64,000 nt of DNA from Intoshia linei (Eukaryota > Animalia > Orthonectida), in contig LWCA01000006.1 of NCBI GenBank assembly GCA_001642005.1, positions 43,884 through 107,883 of the forward strand, read 5' to 3'. The position numbers and the translations under genes were made by a program. Of this stretch, positions 25,801-37,500 are shown in pieces. A model generated the notes under the pieces. The model ran no database searches and was not told the origin of the DNA. It saw only the letters and a list, made by a program, of their open reading frames with translations. Within the stretch, counting starts at the first letter, position 1. Each line of letters opens with the position of its first letter.

Positions 25801-26729
25801 GATAATAACTAAGGAAATTATTGAATATTACCTGTGATTAATAATTAAAATATTAATGGCGCAATTTCAAGTATATTTTAAAAACTTAATTAAAATTAAC
25901 AAATATATTGCTTCATCAGTTCAATATAATAATTGTCAATAATAATCAATACATGTAATAATAAAAAAATAATTGTTTAATCTACTTACATGTTAAACAG
26001 TGATTTTTACATTGATCAATGGACAATTAACATGGTAAAAAAACCATCATTGTGAAATTAACAAAATCTGATAATAACTAAGGAAATTATTGAATACTAC
26101 CTGTGAATAATAATGACGATATTATTAGCGCAATTTCAAATTTACTTTAAAAACGTAATTAAAATTAACCAATATTTTACCTCATCCGTTCAAAATAAAA
26201 ATTGTTTAGCCTACTTCAACGGGAACATTTTACATTGTGAAATTAAAAAAATCTGATAATCTGAAATTATTAAATATTACCTGCCAATTGTGTCAATTAA
26301 TTATCACAAATTTTGAAAGAGTTGTAAAGTTAAGACATTGAAATTGGCGCTACCTCACCTATTACGATTTCTCATGTTGATCAAAATAAAAATGTGTTAA
26401 ACACTATTCCTAATTTGCATAACCTGATATGCATTCAATAATTACCGCAATATGCTGATATTTGGTAATTCCCAATTTCTGAATGTTGTTCATGTTGAGA
26501 AGAATTAAATTCTTTCCATCAATAAAATTTTCAATGAAGCATTGCTACATATATGTCAATAAACATGATATATTCAATTTGGTTAATTTCAATAAATCAC
26601 GAAAACTTAATTAACATTAACAAGTACCTTATATTGACCAAATCCAATAGATTCTATAAAATCTGCAACATCAGAGAAGGTCCATTCAAGAATTTTATTG
26701 GTATTTTTTAAAAATTCCAAATTATTCAT
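22807..26729 (-). CDS. SAMD15: Sterile alpha motif protein 15 (4 exons; missed by the ORF track)
   Basis: LEWTFSDVADFIESIGFGQYK|QCFIENFIDGKNLILLNMNNIQKLGITKYQHIA|QISKQIRYLL..FKRSISELPRD|ALYVEQKSKTGKKNDKLIYDDFV matches the SAM domain and the SAMD15-specific tail (RSISLP.RD..LYLEQK..TG). Confidence 0.88.
23408..23579. mobile_element. Small Charlie-like hAT MITE
   Basis: Degenerate TIRs tagcctttccgaaat / atttgggaacctttg with near-identical 8-bp flanks TTTTAGAG / TTATAGAG. Confidence 0.45.
24010..25448 (+). mobile_element. Helitron-like family A copy interrupted by the Tigger element
   Basis: Family A internal sequence on both sides of the insertion, ending ctgtttgtacgtagtacataacaatcaacCTAG|T. 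Confidence 0.7.
24113..25112 (+). mobile_element. pogo/Tigger-type deletion derivative (1.0 kb) nested in a family A copy
   Basis: TIR CAGTCAGACCTGT(G/A)TATATT at both ends with TA TSD; decayed coding KRVKYLSIGEK..SQRDMTKKFKLSLGCINGII (CENP-B-type HTH) and FKASNG; flanks rejoin into family A sequence (compare 31655-31710). Confidence 0.88.
25780..26290 (+). repeat. Local tandem duplication, ~270-bp unit, about 2.3 copies, in a SAMD15 intron
   Basis: tgtgaaatt..aaatctgataataactaaggaaattattgaata.tacctg recurs at ~25782, ~26052 and partially ~26236. Confidence 0.8.
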
Positions 26730-26852
26730 ATTTAAATGAATTTAGTAAATGACCCAATTTTGATAATTATATATGGGACAATTTACAATATTACTATAAA
26801 ATTTTATTCCAAATTGACATTTTTAAATTTTAGGTTAATTTTGGTAAATAAG

Positions 26853-29800
26853 TTAATCAGTATTGTAATGGTCAACTTCAACGTTGATTTTAGTATAGGT
26901 TTTGTTTTCTTTGTCTAACGGATACGCGCAAAATGGGCATTGACGTACTGTAAAAAATTTGACCAAACGAATTTGCAATTCGGACCAAAATCTAAAATTT
27001 GGAAAATTAAATAGGATACTTAAATGTATACCTAACAGTGGATTTGTTGGAGACATGACCACATGGTAAGAAACAATATTCTAAAGGTTCATTGCCTATA
27101 TAAAGGCTAGTCTCTACGCCTAAACGTAATTGAGTACATTTGCTTTCCTAAATAATCTTTACAAAAAATTCATATCAATTTTATAAATTACCAGCTGACA
27201 AACCGGACAAACTCTGACATAGTTTCTATTCTGGTTTGATGAAGGGTTAGTATTACCCAGACCTAAATCTGATGATTGAACTCTATCGTAAGTGGGACCC
27301 ATAATTTCTCTAATTGGTGAAGAACATACGTTACAAGAAATGTGTCCACAATCAAAATTTATCCATGGATTTTCATTGGGACTTTCACATTTACTGAACT
27401 TTAAATGGCATTTGGATGAATCGCATTTGTACAATTTTGAATTAAAGTCCTCTATATATTGGTCAAAGGAGGGTTGTGTCTAATTCAAACATTAAGTTTC
27501 TATAATCAAACTGTAATATGTACCATTCCTTTTTCCAATTCAATTACAGAACGCCAAATTAAAACGACACCATTTAAATCTATCAATGTACAGTCTTCCA
27601 GTATGTTTCGTGATTCAGGTATCTACAGATTAGTTTATATTGAATTTTTATCTACTGCATATATTAGTGGTTATGAAATAAGGTGTGAGATCAATTTAAT
27701 AAAATTTCATCATTTATATGTGGAGTCGGAATTTTTTTATAGAAATGGGATTAACTACAGAGAAATGTTTTACACAAAAGGTTGATAACCCTGTTTGATA
27801 ATTATTTTAATGTAGTATTATCCAATAAAAATTTTATATCAATTTGATCTGATTTATCTTTTTATATCATTTTTATACCAGGAAATTTTACACTTTAGAA
27901 AATCAAAAATTGACATATAAGCTTGTTGACTCCTGTTTTATATGAAAAATAGGTTTTATTGTATTTCGACAAAATGAATGGCAACAATTAAAATATTTTA
28001 TACCCAAACTCCTTCAGATGAATATGAATTTCCAATCACAGATAATTCTCTCCATTGTGCGACACCCGGAAATTCAGGTGTACTAGGATGTAAAAGTAAT
28101 ACACCATTTGGTGTAAAACCATCAACATCCATATCATCGTCCCATGGCATTCTTTGTTTTTCATGCTAGAATTTAATATAGATAATTTGTGAATCTGTTA
28201 CTGCAACTGAACTTTCAACTTACATGGTGAATTATTTTTACGGTTGGAATCATTACAATAATGCTTTTATACTATCAAACCTTATATGGATAATCATTTT
28301 TATCCACCATAAAACGAAAATACATACATTTTAGAGTAAATTAAGGAAACTCAATTCTATGTAAAATGTAAAAACTCTTAAAGTGATTTATCCATACAAT
28401 TTGTTTAAAGGGGCATAGTCCATTAATTAATGTAAAAAAACGCTTTTCTAAGGATAATTTGATATTAATTGATTTTTTCAATGTCTTTTATTCATAATTA
28501 AAATTTTTTGTTTAAAATTGATAAAAGCAGATTATTCACATTGGGTATTGTATAATAAAATTTTATTATTTATGTGTAATTTTTCACACTTACTGAAACT
28601 CCAAGCGGGTATAACTATAACATGTATATTTTGAATAGATCATTTTATCTAAGTTAATTTAAGTGAATTAATTGGAAGCTTTTTATTACATAAACAAAAC
28701 CAATTTCGAAAAATTTTTACCAACTATTTAATTGGATTAATAGCTCGTTAACGGAATTTTTTATAAACTAATATCCTTACTCATATATAGTAATTTAGTT
28801 AAAAATGTATGTCTGTTATTTATTTGTCTGTTCCAGTTTATTTAGAAAAGTAAGAGGCATCGAATTTTAAAAATTCCATCTTTCTATTATAATTTTTCAA
28901 GGGTCATGTTTTAATAATGTAAATTTAGTTTTCAGAAATTTTGATTCCTTCAAGGTCAAAAACCCCAATTATCCCTTTTTTTTTAATTGAAATCAGTCTT
29001 TGAATTATAAAAAATACACAATCTGATAAAGATTAATTTTCGAACCGTTAATTATTTCACATTTTTTGTTTTAATAAAATATTTCAGAAAAAAAATTTAT
29101 GAAAACTAAAATGCTTTTTTGACCATGAAGGCGTCAATTATTTGAGATTGAAATTTTTTGTGTGTGTTAACAGGATACAACTGTACCACCTGTAAATTGT
29201 TGTTAAATTCTAGGGCTGTTTTAATTTATAAAAAAAGGGCCATATGGGTTTTCGCTGTGAAAATGCATATTTTGAGGTTGCCATTTATGATAATGCTTAT
29301 TATTTTAATATCCGTATCAGAGTATATATTTTTTAAACTTTCGACTCGTTTGATTTTCGAAAAAAGGACAATTGGGGTTTTTGACCCGTAAGATGTGAGT
29401 TTGGGAGATATAAATTTATCTTATTATACGTCCCGGAAAAAACTGTCATTGAATTGTGGACTTTATAAAATTCTAAGATTGGTAGTTATTGAAATAAATG
29501 GCAACACACAGACACATAAACAAATATTGTGTAACATATTATATAAATAAGGATAAATTGTGGATAGTTTTAAAAATCATAAATCGCAAAGCCAAAAAAG
29601 TCCATTTTCATGATGAAACCACATATTACCCTTATTTTAAATAATTAAAATAGTTCTAGAATTTAAAAAAAAATACAGCTGATACAGTTACATGCAGTGA
29701 ACACATACAAAAAATTTCAATCTGATAAGTGACGCCTTCATGATCAAAAAAACATTTTATTTTATTTATTTTTTGAAATAATTAATGGTCCTAAAATTAA

Positions 29801-30791
29801 ATAAAAAGATTATTCTGATACAGCTTATTCCAGTTGATATAAATACATAATTTCAACCCCAGAAATCTACGCATTCCCGATGAAAAAAACTTTTATCAAC
29901 CAATATTTTTCAAATGTTTGGATTAAAATTAAAAATGAAAATGTAAATTTTATCTTACAATTTCAAAAAAAATGTACATTAAACGTCTACACATTATTAT
30001 TAAAAACGTAAAAAATATAAAAAATTTACATGTAAAATGATTTGATTAAATGTATTAAATGCTCCAGCAAATACATATGCGGTATAGGGTGGTATTCTTT
30101 CCAACAGAAATCTACATGCAAACCTTGAAACTGTACTTTTTTCGTCCACTCTTAAACTTCGTTCCTCTCTTTGAAAATCTGGCACTGTTTCATTAACATG
30201 AATATCAATTGGATCAGTTTTGTATCTTCCGGCTTGATAAATATCATAGCGAGGATCCGGAGACTAAGGTGAATTTATTTTAAATTTTATTTAACAATAC
30301 GTATTCTTGAACGAGGGTTATTCCGTTTTTTTTCTCTAATACTATGTGATATCTATTTTCTCCAGGTGGCTAAAAATTATTAAATTCAAAATGTCAAAAA
30401 ATGAAGATGAAGGATAATAATTACCACTGGTCTTTGCTTATCTCGATATCTGTAACTACTTGTCACTCTAAAATTGTTTATATCACTTTTAACCGTGTTT
30501 ACCTTATTCCGTTAGGAGATTTGCGTTTTTTTATTACATATTTGGATTTTCTGGTTCCTTCGTTAGATCTATATGGTGCGATAGTTCCGTTATAACTAAA
30601 TGAAATGAAATTTTTTTGATACATAATTATGGCATAATACCCTAAGACGACCAATTCTCCATAAACAATCGGTTCACTTCGTGGTTCATAAATGCTGCTA
30701 GGTTTGTTGTTTGGATTGGTGTTTATGTTGATCTGTATTTTAATAAATAAACGAAAAAATAATCAAATATTACCTTTTTTGGATTAGACAT
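26853..30791 (-). CDS. PELI: Pellino E3 ubiquitin ligase (FHA plus RING-like; ~11 exons)
   Basis: PIVYGELVVLG|YNG; YQAGRYKTDPID; STVSRFACRFLLERIPPYTAYVFAGAF; DGFTPNGVLLLHP..WRELSVIGN; ILEDCTLIDLNGVVLIWRS; CGH..CPVC; FLPCGHV..FWSELQI..CPFCAYPL. Confidence 0.92.
28772..29995. mobile_element. Three family A fragments in alternating orientation (+ 28772-29030, - 29030-29553, + 29554-29995) in a Pellino intron
   Basis: Inverted matches such as gaccatgaaggcgtca (29121) versus tgacgccttcatgatc (29731); 5' ends ATCCTTA at 28773 (+) and 29554 (-). Confidence 0.75.
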
Positions 30792-31118
30792 AAATATTTG
30801 GTCAAATCAATCTACAAATAAGTCTAAATTCAGCCAAGTTGGAAAGTTACTTTAAATTGTTAATACCAGTGTATTTAAAATTTTTCTATATTAAAATGGC
30901 TTAGAAGTCAGCATTTAGTAAGAAAAACGAACATGTTAAATAACCTTATTTTTATTAACAAATACAAATCTTAAATAAACAATTAATGTATAGTTGGTTA
31001 ATAAAGTATGGAACATATGTGGCTTACTGTGTAAACACAATCGTTTTCAAATTGTTTCGTTACCTTCACCAGTAAAGAAACGTCTTGATGGTCATTAAAA
31101 ATTAGTTATTGTAGTATA

Positions 31119-31890
31119 CATCCTTACTTTCAAGTCCACATTTCAATTACAGTTTTTGTCGGGTGATAATAAGATAAATTTCAACTTCACAAACTTACAT
31201 CTTACGGGTCAAAAATCCCTTTTCCTTTTTTTTGAAAATCAAACAAGTTAGAGAATTTCAAAAAATATATAGGCTAATACGGATTTTAAAATCATAAACA
31301 TAATCATAAATTTAAATTTAAAAAAATTATACCTTCAGGGCCAAAACCCAAAATTACCTTTTTTTTTATGAAAACAGCCCTAGAATTAAAAATTTACAAG
31401 TGGTAGAGTTGTATTATGTTAACACATATAAAAAATTATAATCCGAATAAGTGACGACTTCACGGTCAAAAAAGCATTTTAGTATTCATATATCTTTTTT
31501 CCGAAATATTTTATTAAAACAAAAAATTTGATGTAAATAACGGTCCGCAAATTAAAGAAAAGATTATTCTGATAGAGCTTATTCCAGATGATATAAATAC
31601 AAAAGTTCAACCCAATAAATCTACGCATTACAGATGAAAAATAATTTTTAATATATTATCAATTAATATTTTTTAAATATTTTGATTAAAATAAAAATTG
31701 AAAATGTAAATATTGATTCTACAATTTCAAAAAAAAATGGGCATTGAACGTCTACACATTTCCAATAAAGGAATATGGTTGAAAATCTATATAATTCATT
31801 CCTTCGGATTTTTTTCAATTGCTACACAATTTTTAAATTTCAAATTCTCATTTGCAAAATATTTTGAATAAAATTAAATAATATTCTTCT
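31119..31890 (+). mobile_element. Helitron-like family A long fragment
   Basis: Reverse-complement identity with 17570-18200 and 14400-14800. Confidence 0.75.
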
Positions 31891-31959
31891 ACAATTTCAG
31901 AAAAAATACGGAATTATTTTACTATTTTGTAAAATTAGTTTTTTCAAAATTTAATTAAA

Positions 31960-32091
31960 TTATTAAAAAATCTATATGGCTTTTATTTTAAAAACCTGAC
32001 CATACAATATGCAGTTAAAAAATATTGTGGGTAATATCGAAATAAGTACTATAATATGGGTAATGTAGTAAAAAAAGGTTGGGAATCACTG
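31960..32091 (+). mobile_element. hAT Charlie-like terminal fragment (second copy at ~58190-58322)
   Basis: Shared aataagtactataatatgg..aaaaaaggttg(g/a)gaa.cactg|ctcta end in both copies. Confidence 0.55.
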
Positions 32092-32503
32092 CTCTAGAGG
32101 TCCTCAAATTTATGAGTTCACATTACTAGGTAGCGACTACTATGCCATTTCATTATTTTTGATATTGTAATAACAAATTACAATTTTAATTTGCAAAAAT
32201 TATAATTATTCAACAAAATATAATTCTATAGTAATTTATGAGATTTACAGTTTATTGTGGAAAAACATTTTTATTTATAAAATGAGTTGACTGTTAACTA
32301 AGAAAATTGAAATGTTCACAAAGGTAATTAAAATTTCTTATATTAATTATCTAGTCATGAATCAAGGACGTGTTTTACTTAGTATATAACGGAAATTCTG
32401 TAAAGTTGTATACTTTTGTAATAATTCGTCTTATTTTGTATACAGTTTAATGGTTAAGTTTTAAATATTAAGACTTTAAATGGAAAAATAATTTAAATAC
32501 TAG

Positions 32504-35473
32504 ATAAATAGTCCAAGTATATCTCGAGAAAAGTATATAGTTGATGAACTTAATGGTATCGTTGCAATTTATCCTACTCTTTCTTACAAAACCGAACCAT
32601 ATGGTAAATTTTAATTGTATTTATTACCACCCGTTTAAACTTTGACATTGAACGTTGCTTTATGAAATGTCTACTTGAATACTAATGCTTAAAATAAAAA
32701 TTAACTTTTACCCTCGTTTTAGAGAATATTTCTCTTATGGAATTAACTTACTCCTTACTTTTGGAATTAACTGGTTCCCAAACTGTTTACACCACGTACC
32801 ACTTGTCCAGAAATTTAATCCTGTTAAACATTCCTTAAACATGTTACTAAGGTAACATGCAAATATTTTTAGGACTGCTTTAAGAAAATTCATCACTTTT
32901 AAGCATTTACTGTTCGAAGGCCGCACTAACATCTCAAAAAAATTTAATAAGGCCTTTCTTAAATTTAAATTAAATACAGCATTGCTTAACATAGGGTGAC
33001 CGGTCATGAATAATTTTATTTTGGGATGAATGATACATTTTTAGTATATTTTATTCAATTTAGTAAAATCTTATGAGAAAAAACCAAAACTTTACCAACT
33101 CTTAATGAAAAAATCCCATTTTACCAAATTTTTATATAAAAAATCCCTCGATCTAATCCCAAAAGAAAAAACGTAATTTTACCAACTCTTAAGGAAAAAA
33201 CCAGCTTTTATCAATATTTTTCTGAAAAATTCCATTTTACCAAAAATTAATATACATGTTATACAATGTATATAATATAATTGTATATGTATTTTAAAAA
33301 TAATCCTTTACTTATACAAAAATAAATGTCTGTGTGTAACCATTTATTGAAAAAATTGATAGTCGCAGGATTTAAAAAAGCTTAATTTCTAATACAGTTT
33401 TTCCCAGGACTTGTTTTAATTATTTTCAGTTTCAGAATTTGAGTCCCTTAGAGTAAAAAACTTAATTTTCTTTTTTGTTTAAAAAAAATCAGTCCAAAAA
33501 TTTAATAAAACACATTCTGGGACGGGTTTTAAAATCATTAACATTGTCGTTAATCTGAACCTCAAAAACGCATACCTTGATAGTCAAAACCACAAATTAC
33601 CTTTTATTTTAAAAATAAAAGATGTCCTAAAATTTTTTTAATCATAAATTCTGGGATAGTTTTTAAAATCATAAACATTATCATAAATAGAAACCTAAAA
33701 AAAATAAATTTCACGTTAAAAACCCCACATTACTATTTTTTTTAAAAGGAAAACAGCACTATAATTTAAAAAAATTACAGATGGTACAGTTGTATCCTGT
33801 TAAGACACACAAAAAATTCAACCTGAATAAGTGACACCTTCACTGTAAAAAAAGTACTCTAATATAATTTTTTTTAATTTTGAATCTATTTTATTAAAAC
33901 AAAAAATTTGAAATAATTAATGGTCCTAGTTAAAAAAAAGAAAATTATACTTATAGAGCTTATTCCATTTGATATAAATACAAAATTTCAACCCCAGAAT
34001 TCTATGCATTCTAGATGAAAATTAATTTTTAATATATTATTAACCAATATTTTTCAAATGTTGGATTAAAATGAAAAAGTAAAATAATTATCCTACAATT
34101 TCAAAAAAAACGTGCATTGAACGTCCAAACATATGGATGGAAGTATATATAATTGATTACTTCGGGTTTCTTTCATTGCTACGCAATTTTTGATTGTCAA
34201 ATTCTCATTTTCAATACATAAATCATTACATCCAAAATTTTTCCATTTGTTTGTGTAACATTTTAAACGTCTATCCCGGATTATTTCCAAAAAAAATAGT
34301 TTTTACACATGGAGGCTAAAAACTTAAACATGACCTTTTTGGACAATATAATATTATTTATATCAAAAATTGTATATAAATCTTATATTAAATATTTAGG
34401 TGGCACGATGGGCTGCTTTGATAATTTATATATTGTTACTGGCACATTTAACATCAATTATGGCGGTATACACACGGCTTATAATTGGTAATTTTATGTT
34501 TAGGTAACAAATACGACGTACCTATCCGAATAACCTTACCCATCAAATATCCTTATATTGCACCTATTGTAAATATTATACCTTCACGCGGCACATATTT
34601 AAACGTCTCTGAATTTTTAGACGCAAATGGAAATGTTACTCTTCCATGTCTATCCAGAAAATGGGCGGTATGTTTATCATTTTAATTGAATAGTTAATCC
34701 AATTTTAGCCGCACAAAGTGACACTTTTGAGTTTGTTGGATATTCTGAGAGAAAGCTTTTCTTCTATTCCACCATTGTATTTAGGTTTTATTTATATCTC
34801 AAGCATTAATTATCATATAGATAAACGTAAAAATATAGATACTAAACCTAATGATGGTTCAATCGACAGTATTCGAGCGTCCTTACTCAGTGCTATTGCC
34901 GATAAATGTAATGCATTGTATAAAACAACGTACGATACTTATATGAACACGTATGTACAATTGCAGAGCGAAGAAAGACAATTATTAGATGGACAACAAA
35001 GACTTCTCGCATATTGCAACCAAATTGAAGACGAAACTGTAAATTTTTTAATTCATATATTTAATTTTTTAGAATAAAGTCAAACAAGAAAATGAACGCC
35101 TATCTGCTAAAAATAAAGAGTTGGATAGCAAAATATCTAATTTTAGAAAAGATATTTTAACAAAAAACGACGAAAACTTAAATTATGAAGAAGCAGTCAA
35201 ACCACAAACACCATTTTTCAAACAGTTTTTTTAAGAGTTTAATCATAATACGTAATGTAGACTTTTGGATGCCACCGCTGAAGAACAATCAATATGCGAC
35301 GTGTTGCATCTATTGAAAGATTCTTATGAAAATTCGGGACTCTCCATTTACGATTATTTAAAGGTTTAAAATGAATCCCTTTTATAATTTACTTTATATA
35401 GAAAGTTCGAGAATATTCAAAAAAAAGGTACTTTTTACGCCATACAATAAAAAAATGTCGGGCACGTTTATAA
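32504..35473 (+). CDS. TSG101: ESCRT-I subunit TSG101/Vps23 (start exon uncertain, possibly ~32312)
   Basis: UEV: YIVDELNGIVAIYPTL, VTGTFNINYGGNKYDVPIRITLPIKYPYIAP, FLDANGNVTLPCL; stalk SIRASLLSAIADK; SB box PQTPFFKQLLDATAEEQSICDVL..YLKKVREYSKKRYFLR; TAA at 35471-35473. Confidence 0.92.
33303..34210 (+). mobile_element. Helitron-like family A copy with internal subrepeat, in a TSG101 intron
   Basis: Starts A|TCCTTTACTTATA..tgtctgtgtg; internal identity to other copies; preceded by family B minisatellite at 33060-33250. Confidence 0.72.
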
Positions 35474-35527
35474 TTACAAATTAAGTGCGTTTTTACTTGC
35501 ACGTTTAAAATAAATATATTTGAAATA

Positions 35528-36173
35528 CTACTTTTTGTTTAAGCGTATTTTTTGAATTAGCCAATCCAATCCTCCTTGTATGCCGTCTCCAGTTAACCCA
35601 TTCGTTTCTATAAATTGATATGATGCAGAATTACTCACTATTTGAGATATATTTAATTTTTCTGATATTTGGGTGGAATTTAAGCTGCCGGTTTTATCAA
35701 TTTTATTTGTTATAAATATCATGGGGATTTCATTGCTACGAAATTTTTTGTTTTTCATTAACATGTCCAATTCTTCCCCCACCACGACTAATCTAGTTTA
35801 ATATTTACCATATTATTACAATAATAAACCTAAATGGGTCGCTAGAATCAATGACAAACATTAATGCATCGACAGATGAATAATAATGTTCCCACAAGTT
35901 TCTATATTTTCCTTGACCAGACATGTCAAATATATCTATATCAATTTCTCCATTTTCCGATAATATTTTTGTCAAGGTGAATCCTACAGTTGGCGCAATC
36001 TCTGTTAGTTTACTTTTTTCTTCCTGTTTAAAATATAATTTTATATGAAAAAACAAAACCTTGAGGTTGTTTATTAGAGTAGTTTTACCACTGTTGTCAA
36101 GTCCAATAACCAAAATGCGAGCAGTTAAATTATCGAAACCTAACCATCTAGCCAATTTGTTAAAAACACCCAT
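35528..36173 (-). CDS. ARL6: ADP-ribosylation factor-like 6 (BBS3), 3 exons
   Basis: MGVFNKLARWLG..GLDNSGKTT..PTVGF..FDMSGQGKYRNLWEHYY..FVIDSSD..NKID; DMSGQG is characteristic of ARL6; introns of 36 and 37 nt. Confidence 0.95.
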
Positions 36174-36960
36174 ATTTAGAGTCAAAATTTAAAAAGTTTT
36201 CTAAATATCGATATTTTATTATTAAATTTCTTTGTGCCAAATATATTTGGATCAAATAACAGTTGTATACATTAATCAATTGAACTGTTTTCTATACTAA
36301 ATCTCTTGGTTAAAAATTTTGAGAGTACCAATGCGTTTAATTTATTTGTTGCCCAGTAAATAGTTTATATAAAATCATTTCAAAACTAGTTAAAAATAGT
36401 CAACAAACAACATTTTTATAAAATATGCAATTCATTCTCATGGAGAGGAATGTTCCAAAATATTTGGAAAAATTGTGTGCCAATCAACATGGCATTAATG
36501 GTTGCTAAAAATTTCATAATGAAATTTTAATATTGGCCTTTCGAATGGATAGTACAGAAGGAATCTGAATAGTGAGAATATTGATAGTACATACTGTCAA
36601 TTAAACAAAATTAAAGGTTTTTCACCATAGGTTTAGTAAAATCGTGTTTTTCAAAAAAATATTGGAAAAAGAGGATTTTTTTATGAAGGGTTGGCAAAAT
36701 TTCATTTTCTAGGATTTGGGATTAATTCCCAAAATCTGCCAACTCTTGTAGTACATATTAAAAATTCTATAGACATAACCTTAAGTTGATTAATTTCATG
36801 GTCCAAGCACCCCAATAGGGAACCACTGCATTAAACGAATGATATCAAACATTCTTCATTAAAAAACCACATATTAAATACATTTTCAATGATATTTTTA
36901 CGCCTTCATCACTTTCGAAAAACTGTTAGAAATTGGGTTTTTTAATTAAACGGTAACAAC

Positions 36961-37435
36961 CAGAGCCGTCTTAAGTCACTTTGTGGCCCTTTAAAGTTTT
37001 GGGCGAAGCAAAAAAGTATTTGGAGCGCAGCGATAAAAAAATTTTAGGGCCCCTTTTTTGAAAATTAATAAGAAAAAATCAAAGATTTCCTACTTTCTTT
37101 TTTTGAATATTGACTTAATAGAAATGTTTTAATGTTTAATATTATCATTTGAAACAGTTTTTATGTCAATATTATATGACGAACATTGTAGAATATATTT
37201 TAAATTGATATTTACCAGAACTTAGATTCTTTACACTATTTTCGTTATAGCTATTTGAATTCCCATACTTTAAAACTTATAAACTGTTTCTTAAGATATA
37301 AATGTGAAGTATTTTTTAATAAATTGGGCCTTTTTTGAAGATAAAAGTGTAAAGTACTTTTATTAATTTGGGGACCCTTTTTAATGAGTGACCCTGGGCT
37401 ACCTCCCACATTGCCCATGCCTTAAAACGGCTCTG
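36961..37435. mobile_element. hAT MITE
   Basis: TIR CAGAGCCGT(C/T)TTAAG at both ends; exact 8-bp TSD GTAACAAC (36953-36960, 37436-37443). Confidence 0.92.
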
Positions 37436-37500
37436 GTAACAACATACTCATTTGTATATAAGAATAGGAAAATAAAATAAAAATTTTATTTACACAATAA

